Shown one piece after another: positions 35,855 to 44,142 of a stretch of DNA of 64,000 bases (within the stretch, counting starts at the first letter, position 1; each line of letters starts with the position of its first letter). The position numbers were made by a program, and so were the translations under genes. The notes below the pieces were generated by a model. That model did not search any database and was not told where the DNA came from. It saw nothing but the letters and a program-made list of their open reading frames with translations. Source of the stretch: Mantamonas sphyraenae STR306 (Eukaryota > Protista > CRuMs); assembly GCA_026936335.1 (NCBI GenBank), contig JAPMXV010000023.1:148737-212736 (forward strand), written 5' to 3'.

Positions 35855-37603
35855 CTACGCCGTGCTGGTGGAGCTGTTGCTGTTGATGAGGCGCGAAATA
35901 CCTGTGCCGACGCCCGAGGCGGCAAGGGTGATCATGCTCTTGATAAAGGCGTCGTTGACCTCAAAACCAAGGACTTTGAAGTTCATGCGCACGCCGCGGA
36001 GGACAATGATGAGGTTGTTGAGCATGTTTGCGACCTCGCGGGAGTACTGGCGCTGCTGGATGGACAGTTGCGGGTTGACAACCTCGAGGTTGGCGTCCCA
36101 CTGGCGGTCGCTGATGACCATCTCATGACCCTTGAGGAGACGGTTGATTTCAGCGCCGACGAGGATGGTGCGGATGAGGAAGGAACTGAGGACAGCGGCG
36201 TCGTAGATCAGCTTTTGCACAAAGAGGGAGTTGATGGCGAGGCCCGAGGTGGGAAACACAAGGCCGAGAATCATAAAGACAAGGATGCCAATGTCGGCGA
36301 GGAGGACAAAGGAAAGAATGACCTCTTGCCAGCGCAGCTCGACGATTTTGTAGGCAAGAAAGAACTTGCGGATGCGCATCCAGGCGCTGATGTTGCGGAG
36401 GTTGAGGAGGTTGAGGAACGGGATGGAGTCCTTGGTGCAGTACTCGATGGAGGAGCAGTGGGAAAACAGGAGGATGCGGTTGCGGCGTGCGAGAAAGAGC
36501 ATCTCGGAGCGCAGCACGACAAAGAGGAGCATAAAGAAGAGGAGGTAGTCGAGGAGGATGGAGCCGAGCATGATGAACTGGAAGAGCGGATCTTCAGTGC
36601 CGAGGAAGCTGCCGCCGCGGGCGATGCGAGTGATGGGAATCATGAGGGCGTGAGGAAGAGCCCAGAAGAGACTCTTGTAGATTTGCGTGCGCTTTGCGTC
36701 TTGGATCATGTCGAGGGCACGGTCATTGATATGCTCGACAATGTCGCGGCATGTGTCGATGCCAGGTGTGCTGTCGACCTCGACGTCGCCGAGATCTTCG
36801 AGCTCACGTTCTCCGACGCCCTGCTCGTCTTCGGAGGCGAGCATGGTGGCACAGATGATGCTGACCATGAGATAGATGGTGAGTGGGGCGTATACCTGGA
36901 CGGTGGCGGAGCCGTCGAGGGTGGAGGCAGTGGTGTCGCTGAGAGCAAAGATGAGAGGGACGACGATGAGGATGAGGTAGGATGGGAGCATGAGGAAGAG
37001 CCAGGCGAGGGCGGCGACAAGTCGGTTGGAGCGGATGGTGCGTGTGATGTCGGGACCAGTCATGGCGTAGAAGAACATCTTGACAGGCTGGAGGCGGTTG
37101 AAGTAGCGGCTGAGAGGGAGGGTGAAGGGCAGAAAGAGAAATGCGGCGAGAAAGACGCCAAACTCGGTGGGGGAAAAGGTGACACGTTCCTTCTTGTTGA
37201 CCCAGTTGCGCATGCGAATGATGTTTTCAGGGTGGAAGAGAAGCTGCATGTTTTCCCAGAGCTCGCCAGTTTCCTCGTCGCCCGAGGCGAGGATGCGCAT
37301 AAGGTTGACAAACTCGTCCTCTTCGATGGTGTTGTCGTGGTCCTGGTCGGCTGTGGCAAAGATGCGCACGAGCTGCTCGTTGCTCATTTCGATGCCAAGG
37401 AATGCGACGACGTTTGCGAGGTCGTCGAGGTCGATTTCGCCCGTGCCGTTTGCGTCAAAGAGGTGAAAGGCCTCGCGGACATCGTCTTCTTTCTCTTGGG
37501 AAAAGTGAAAGGTGCTGTGAGCGGAGGAGAGGAGGTCGACGCCAGCCTCTTTGCTTTGGCGGAGCTGGTTTGCGCGGAGCCGCAGCTTGGAGCTGGCAGA
37601 CAT
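35855..37603 (-). CDS. EF-hand pair fused to a PHTF-like seven-transmembrane domain; probably extends upstream into the 37765-38913 ORF
   Basis: EF loops DANGTGEIDLDD and DQDHDNTIEEDE. About 7-8 hydrophobic helices. PHTF-like segments IPFLNL...NISAWMRIRKFF, FLIRTILVGAEIN and FKVLGFEVN...SGVGTGIS. Confidence 0.75.
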   Translation of the reverse strand: MSASSKLRLRANQLRQSKEAGVDLLSSAHSTFHFSQEKEDDVREAFHLFDANGTGEIDLDDLANVVAFLGIEMSNEQLVRIFATADQDHDNTIEEDEFVNLMRILASGDEETGELWENMQLLFHPENIIRMRNWVNKKERVTFSPTEFGVFLAAFLFLPFTLPLSRYFNRLQPVKMFFYAMTGPDITRTIRSNRLVAALAWLFLMLPSYLILIVVPLIFALSDTTASTLDGSATVQVYAPLTIYLMVSIICATMLASEDEQGVGERELEDLGDVEVDSTPGIDTCRDIVEHINDRALDMIQDAKRTQIYKSLFWALPHALMIPITRIARGGSFLGTEDPLFQFIMLGSILLDYLLFFMLLFVVLRSEMLFLARRNRILLFSHCSSIEYCTKDSIPFLNLLNLRNISAWMRIRKFFLAYKIVELRWQEVILSFVLLADIGILVFMILGLVFPTSGLAINSLFVQKLIYDAAVLSSFLIRTILVGAEINRLLKGHEMVISDRQWDANLEVVNPQLSIQQRQYSREVANMLNNLIIVLRGVRMNFKVLGFEVNDAFIKSMITLAASGVGTGISRLINSNSSTSTA

Positions 37604-37764
37604 GACGGGGAACAGGGAGTGGGACTGCTTCTTGGAGATGGAAGGGGGATGGGGCGGAGCGGAGTGGAGTTGCAGAGGCGGACTGAGGCGTGTGGGGAGC
37701 GTGGCACCCGGGGTGATGTGTGCGTGGGCCTCGGAAAAGGTGAGGCTTGCGTTGTGGGACGGGA

Positions 37765-38913
37765 TCATGGTGCTCTCGAGGGGCGAGCGGTCGCGAGGAG
37801 AGGTCGGGGCACGTCGCAGCTTGGCGTGTGCTGAGCTGAGGTGAGTTGGGAACTGGATGGCATGGTGTTGGGGATGATGTGGGGCTGCGGCTGTGGAGAT
37901 GGGCTGCGGGACGGGGACGGGGAGCGTTCACGGGGCTCGGGTAGTTGGACAACGCGGATCTTGTCGCGAGAGACGAGCTTCTGGGAGGCACCCTTGCGCC
38001 ATTGGATGAGATAGAGGTCACGGTCAACGTCGTAGCTGAGGATGATACAATCGCGCCATTTGGTCTTGCCCGAGTTGGAGGTGTAGGGGCTCTTGGCAAG
38101 GGTGTCACGAGGAAGTGGATGGATGTCTTGATAGCGTGTGTCGTGGGAGCGTGCGGCGGCGTCGAGGTTGCGAGCTCGGGAGGCGGCGGCAGCGGCTGGC
38201 GGAAGCGTGGACCTTTGGGAGAGGCGTTTGTTGGAGGCAGAGCGAGAGGTGGAGTTGCTGTTCTGTACAGGGGAGGCGCCGGCGAGGGACTTGCGGATGG
38301 GACCGGCAGAGCGGCGTGGAGGACCGCCGGTGGTGTTGCTGCGGAGGGGCGGCATGGAGTTGCGTTGACCCGGCTGTGCGTCGGAGAGCGTGGCATGTGC
38401 GCGAAAGTCGGCTGAGGAGTGTCGATTGGCGTGCGTGGTTGTGCGGGAGAGTGGGCCGTTTGGAGAATCGCGAGAGCGTTGAGGGCCGGAACGACGCGGT
38501 GGACGACGGTCGGAGGGTTGGGTGTCGTCGACATCATCGTCATCCTCGTCCTCTTCATCCGCCTGGTCGTCGTCGACGTAGTTGTGGTAGTCGTCGCCGT
38601 CGTAGTCGTAGTCTTGTGTGGCCCGGGTTTCGGGTGTCCGTTGGCGAACGTTGTGTGCGCGCGGGGCGGCCATCATGGCACGTTCGGCATTGTGAAGCTG
38701 CTCGGCGTCGTACTCTGAGTAGGGATCGTCGTCCTGGGAGGGCTGTGTGAGGATGTCGTTCTGCTCTGCGTCGTCGTCGTCGTCGTCGTAGTCGTCGTCG
38801 TCTTCTCCCCGTTGCAGCTGAGGCTCGCTAACGGCATGGTGTGTTCGCGAGAGCTGGGGTGAGTCTAGCGAAGAGCCACGGTGGGGTTGAATGGGCCGGA
38901 GCTTTCGGTGCAT
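37765..38913 (-). CDS. Disordered acidic/Ser-Arg region with a small Tudor/SH3-like barrel; likely N-terminal part of the EF-hand/PHTF gene
   Basis: KWRDCIILSYDVDRDLYLIQWRKGASQKLVSRDKIRVV. Its stop overlaps the ATG of the downstream frame (ATGA at 37768-37765), and the downstream frame is open from about 37927. Confidence 0.55.
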   Translation of the reverse strand: MHRKLRPIQPHRGSSLDSPQLSRTHHAVSEPQLQRGEDDDDYDDDDDDAEQNDILTQPSQDDDPYSEYDAEQLHNAERAMMAAPRAHNVRQRTPETRATQDYDYDGDDYHNYVDDDQADEEDEDDDDVDDTQPSDRRPPRRSGPQRSRDSPNGPLSRTTTHANRHSSADFRAHATLSDAQPGQRNSMPPLRSNTTGGPPRRSAGPIRKSLAGASPVQNSNSTSRSASNKRLSQRSTLPPAAAAASRARNLDAAARSHDTRYQDIHPLPRDTLAKSPYTSNSGKTKWRDCIILSYDVDRDLYLIQWRKGASQKLVSRDKIRVVQLPEPRERSPSPSRSPSPQPQPHIIPNTMPSSSQLTSAQHTPSCDVPRPLLATARPSRAP

Positions 38914-39072
38914 GGATGGTAGGGTGAGGGTTGGGTGGGTGCGGGCAAGACGGACGCGTGGGCTGGGCGTCGGGCCAGCCAACGAGACGCAGGAGCAGGT
39001 GAGTGGAAGCGGTCGTGCTGAGGTGGAGAGGATCCAGGGGGCGCTGACACAGACACACAGCTGGCAGCAGGG

Positions 39073-42000
39073 ATGTGGGTCAAGAAGCTTCGGGAACAGT
39101 GGACGAAAGAGCAATCACGAAGCAGTCTGCAGATCAAAGAGACGCTGCAGGACGATGAGGCAGAGGAGGAGCCGAAGAAGGAGAAGGAAGAAGAGGAAGT
39201 GAGAAAGAAAGACGCCGATGTGGATGGCGGTGCTAAGGAAGGCGCAGAGAGCACGGGCGAGGAGACGACGGCAGAGAAGGAGGATGAGGTTGCGCTGCGA
39301 GAAGCGATGCTCTCTAGCTTTGTGGGCAAGGCATTGGGCATCCTGGACATGGACGACGTGGCCGAGTGGGTGCGGAAGGAGCGTGACGGGATGTAAGTGT
39401 CGGAGCGGGTTGGAGGGTGCAGGACGGGGAGTGGGCACAGCAGAGGAGGCAGAGGGAAAGGGTGGCGGCTGGAGAGAGGGCTGACGTTGTTGGGGTTGCA
39501 CGTGGCGGGACTGTGGACACAGGATCATGGCACAAGTGGACGACAAGGACAGTACATTGGAGTGGCGAGCGACAGACGAGGAACTGGAAGGGATGGAGAC
39601 TCAGCTTGCGTATTGGCTGCGAGAGAACGGATTGACGGTGGAGGATGTTCGTGGCGACGAAGATGCCGGAGAGAAGAGGCCAACGCTTCCTGACAGGTTG
39701 CGCCGCATGAAGTGGAAGAAAAAGGATGCGCGTGAGCTGCGCCGTGCATACGGGGAGGATGTCGGGGAGGAGGAAGAGGAGGAGGAGGAAGAAGAAGAAG
39801 AAGAGAAGAGGAAGAGGAGGAAGAGGAGGAGGATGAGGAGGAAGTGGAAGAGGGTGTCGAACAGTTGCTGAGTCCGATCCAAACACAGCCTGTGTTCAAG
39901 ATGGGCCGTTCGGGAAGTCTGGTGCAGCGGTCGACGAGTTTGAAGCGGTCGGGCCAAAACATCCAGGTGGCGATCCTGGATCTGGCGAAGAAGCAAGAAG
40001 CAGAGGGAAAGGGTGGAGAGGAGACAGATGCAGCTCGATCGAGCTCGGGGCTGCTGGCGAGGCCGAAATTAAGCCCTGCGCAGAAGCGGGCAAGCGGGTC
40101 GCATCGTTTGGGCCGTGCGCTTTCGTCGCTGGCTAGCAGAGGGGTGCTTTTCAAGCTAGACGGAGACGAGAGCTCGCTGCGAGTAGGGAGGACAGGACGT
40201 GCGAGGATGGAGTCGTCGATGGGCCACGTGGAGGAAATCGAGTTTAGCGGTGAATTGGGGTCGTCGATCGAGCAGTTTAAGGCTGCGGGAGAAGGCGCAG
40301 AGAAGGAAGGGACAGAGGGTGCGGCAGGAGAGAAGCCGGGGTGGCTGAGCGAGCTGTCGTCGATGTGGGATCAGGCGTATGACGAGCAGCACACGGAGGA
40401 GGGCGGGAAAGGCAAAGAGAGGCAAGCGGCGTTGGAGCGTGTGGAGGAAGAGGGGGCGGAGGAGGAAGAAGAGGAAGAGGGAGGCGCGGGTGTGGAGGAG
40501 GAGGAGGAGGAAGCGACGCCACAGAGGCAAGAGTCGCGTGCGAAGCGAACGATGCGCTCGTTGACGACAGGCGGGTACGGCAAGGGCACGACGAGCAAGA
40601 GGAGACTGCGAACGATGACAATGGGCAACCTGTTTGCACGCGGGCGAGGAGACAGTGAAGAGGAGGGAAGCGGGTTGACGACGGTGACAAAGGGCAAGGC
40701 GCTGAGCAAGTCGCGAATTGAGCGGTATCTGTTTAAGCTGCGGAACCACGTGCGGCGTCGGCGCAAGGTGCAAAATAGCCTGGGGAAGGAGTATCGACAG
40801 CTGACAAAGGCGTACTCTGAGGAGTATGCAATGCTGGGGCGTATGGGTCTGCTTGAGCTGCGGAAACGATACAAGGAGCTTGCGCGGCTGCAATGCAGTG
40901 TGATCAACACGCGGATGGAGGCAGAGACTCTGTATGTGGATGCACTGAACAAGAAACGTGCAGAGCTGGAGGAGATCGTGCGTGGAGGGGTAGAGGCGTG
41001 GGTGGACAAGGTGGTTGCGGAGCGGCGAGAGGTGCTGGGGGAGGAGGGCGGCGTTGTGGAGGCGCCCACGATGGAAGAGGTGTGTCCAGGGTATGTGGAG
41101 GTGGCCAAGCAGGGTGGAGAGTGGGAGGATGCGATGCGACGTGCGGAGGGAACGCAGGTGCGAGTTGAGCAGCTGGAAAGGGAGTATGCGGCGATCCGGA
41201 AGAGACTGCCACAAACGACGGAAGCAGAAATGCAGGGCCTGGTGAAGGATGCATTGGGGCGGGTGAGCGCACACAACGACAAGATCGGATTCCACGAGTA
41301 CGTGGACGAGGACCAGGACTTTTTCGACAGTCTGATGATGGACCAGCGGATGGCAATCAACACGCGGATGGAAAAGTTTGTGGTGCTGGTGAACGGGACG
41401 ACGGAGCGGCTGGACCCGAGGGATGTGGTGGAGTTTGTGCAGGACTTTTGCCGGCGGATGATGGAGACGTACGCGCTGGATGAGGAGGCGGAAGGGAGCA
41501 AGCTGGAGCTGTTTGTGAAGCGGTATGTGTTTCCGCTGGTGCAAGGATACACGTGGTCACTGGAGCGATGGATGAGTGCGGCCGAGGTGGAGGAGACACT
41601 GAGGCGGGACGAGGCGTACCGGGATGCGTGCAAGCGATTCCATGGGAAGGAACCCGGGTTCTTTGGGGTAGAATCTGTGTATGTGGGGGAAAGCGGGCAG
41701 GAGGCGTATGCAGATGCAGTGGAAGTGCTCGGGGAGCTGGACTGGGAAACGGTGCCGACGGACATGCTGTACACACTTCTCAAGGTGTTTTCGATGTTGC
41801 ACGCGGAAGCCAAAGGACACGCAAACGCAGTGGGGGAGGCTGAGGAGGGACTTGGGGCGGACGATATGCTGCCGATTGTGGTGTATGTGTGCGTGCGTGC
41901 GGCGAACCTGTACATGTTCTCAAATTTGGAGTTTATGCAGGCGTACGCGACTCCCGAGGAGCAGTATTCTGAGCTGGGGTATGTGGTGACGAGCGTGTAT

Positions 42001-42111
42001 GCTGCAGCGGAGCATATATTGCAGCTGGGGGAGAAGGAGGGAGAGGAGGGGAAGGAGGGAGGGAAGGGGAAGGAGGAAGGGAAGGAGGAGGGAGAGGAGG
42101 AGGGAGAATGA
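39073..42111 (+). CDS. Second VPS9-domain protein with long acidic/coiled-coil N-terminus; intron 39393-39522; one-base frame break near 39806; possible upstream intron 38999-39060
   Basis: C-terminal VPTDMLYTL...LGADDMLPIVVYV...SNLEFM...ELGYVVTS. The Glu run switches frame (gag aag agg). Confidence 0.8.
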
Positions 42112-42138
42112 ACGGAGGTTGCCGAGTGCTGTTGATGG

Positions 42139-42510
42139 TCACATGGGATGGTCGCCAAGGGCGTCGATGAAGTCGAGGATGCCTTGGTGGGCCTGGCTGA
42201 GGAGGGGCGTGCGGTGCGGGGACGGTTTGCCTTTGCGGAGCGACGGACTGCGTGCTTGTTGGGCGACGAGCCAGGCGAGGTTTGTGACGAGACGTCGGGC
42301 TTGGGAGGGAGAAATAGGCGGTGAAGGAGAAGGACGGGAGGAGTTTGGTGCAGGAGAGAGGGCGGCGCGGAGGAGAACAAGAGCGCCACGAGCTCGGCGT
42401 GTGTTGTAGGGGTCGATGCGTGCCTGTTGGAGGGTGTAGGCGGTGAGTGTGGCACGGATGTTGTGCCTGCGAGTGTGTCGCAGGTCACGTAGAAGGTCGC
42501 GCAGGAGCAT
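42139..42510 (-). CDS. Small basic hypothetical protein (about 123 aa)
   Basis: MLLRDLLRDLRH...GILDFIDALGDHPM fills an otherwise empty gap. C-ending codons match other minus-strand genes. Confidence 0.4.
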   Translation of the reverse strand: MLLRDLLRDLRHTRRHNIRATLTAYTLQQARIDPYNTRRARGALVLLRAALSPAPNSSRPSPSPPISPSQARRLVTNLAWLVAQQARSPSLRKGKPSPHRTPLLSQAHQGILDFIDALGDHPM

Positions 42511-42522
42511 GCAAGAGAAGAG

Positions 42523-44139
42523 ATGGCGCAGCTGGCGGACAACGCAGACGTGTTGTTCCCGTTGCTGGACAAGGAGCTGATTTGCACGGTGGCGCCGTTT
42601 CAGCAGTATGTGTTTGTGCAGCTGGTGGGGTTTGTGGCGACGACGATCGGGTTTCTGGTGCTGAGCGTGCATTACATCGTGAAGCTGTGCCACGAAAAAG
42701 CGCACCCGTCGCAGGCAGTGCGGATCAACAACAGCGCAGCACTGCCGCTACTTGAGGAACCAGTTCATTGGAACGACATGGAGGTGGACGAGACGACGGA
42801 ATACGCGCCTGCGCGGGGCTGGGCAAAGCTGGACTGCAGACCTGATCCACGCGCGGTGGAAGGACCGCAGGGGGCACCCGCACGGCAGCCGCACACGAGT
42901 GCAGGAGGGGTGGTGACATTTGTGCTGGTGTTGATGTTTCTGATGGGCTGGTTTGCGGTGGCGCTGAATGAGAGGGCGCCAAACGTGTCGTCGGTGACGG
43001 AGTACGCGACGCCGTTGATCACGCAGAGCATGATGGGGCCGGTGCTGATTAACGTGACGTCGCATGTGGTGCTGCACAACGACGGGTGCGACGCGTTTGC
43101 GCCGCTCAAGGTGGAGGGGACGGGCGAGTGGGCGTCGTTCCGGTGGACGAGGGCGACGATGACGCTGAACAAGACGAAGCACTGCATGGTGACGGTGGAC
43201 ATGCAGCAACGCGTCAACCAGACCAACGTGGGCCACACGTCGGGATTCATGATGAGGTACGGGCGGAAGGGAGGGGTGGAACCACAAATCAGCGGGCACG
43301 TGAACACGACGCAACGCAAGTTTTTTAGCATCATGCCGGTGATGCCCGAGGAGGAGGGGCTGCTGAAGCGAGCGTTTCTGCGCAACGCAGTGGCGTGTCT
43401 GTCGGATTTGCCTGCAGAGGTGCAGCTGACGCTGCAACAGCAGTGTCTGGTGCTCGGGTCGCTTGAGGATTGGGTGCTGCAGAAACGGACGCCGTGCAAG
43501 CCGGAAACGAGTGCATTTGTGTTGAGCAACACGCGAGTGGCACCAAAGCCGAGGAACGGGTCTGTGTCGTTCCAGATCAGCGGGACGGACGCACGGGTGC
43601 TGCTGAGCAAGGGAGAACACAGCTCAAACTCGATGACGCTGCTTGTGTTTTCGTTCATTGGGTCACTGCTAGCGTTGCATCCGATCTTGCGGCAGATTGG
43701 GCACAAGATGTACGTGGACAGCCATCGGCCGGCATGGAGTGAGGACGCAAGCAAGCGGCCAAAGATTGGCAACTGGGGAGACTTTGCAGTGATGGTGGTG
43801 GCGGCGACGCTGAGTCCCATTGTATCGCAGATTGTGATTGGATGCAGTGGCAAGGTGGTGAGTTTGCGGGGACACGCCGGGTTGATGATGAGTGGGCCGT
43901 TTGGATCTGCGTTTACGGCGGTGTTTTCTGCGTACAAAGCGGTGCAGATGGCAACGAGCGCGGAGCTGTCTGTGGAGCTGCAGGAGTATGCGGGCACGTG
44001 GCAGGCGATGTGGGCGCTGAGTTGTGTGAGTTCGGTGCTGTTGATCTGGGTGTTTTCGGTGATGATCCACCGGGCGTACGTGCGCAACTACATCTGGATT
44101 ACGGAGGCTGAGAAGAAGGACAAGGAAGATGGTGTGTGA
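42523..44139 (+). CDS. Hypothetical multipass membrane protein (538 aa)
   Basis: Intronless ORF with about 6 hydrophobic helices and a ~220-aa loop containing several NxS/T sequons. Confidence 0.65.
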   Translation: MAQLADNADVLFPLLDKELICTVAPFQQYVFVQLVGFVATTIGFLVLSVHYIVKLCHEKAHPSQAVRINNSAALPLLEEPVHWNDMEVDETTEYAPARGWAKLDCRPDPRAVEGPQGAPARQPHTSAGGVVTFVLVLMFLMGWFAVALNERAPNVSSVTEYATPLITQSMMGPVLINVTSHVVLHNDGCDAFAPLKVEGTGEWASFRWTRATMTLNKTKHCMVTVDMQQRVNQTNVGHTSGFMMRYGRKGGVEPQISGHVNTTQRKFFSIMPVMPEEEGLLKRAFLRNAVACLSDLPAEVQLTLQQQCLVLGSLEDWVLQKRTPCKPETSAFVLSNTRVAPKPRNGSVSFQISGTDARVLLSKGEHSSNSMTLLVFSFIGSLLALHPILRQIGHKMYVDSHRPAWSEDASKRPKIGNWGDFAVMVVAATLSPIVSQIVIGCSGKVVSLRGHAGLMMSGPFGSAFTAVFSAYKAVQMATSAELSVELQEYAGTWQAMWALSCVSSVLLIWVFSVMIHRAYVRNYIWITEAEKKDKEDGV

Positions 44140-44142
44140 TGT

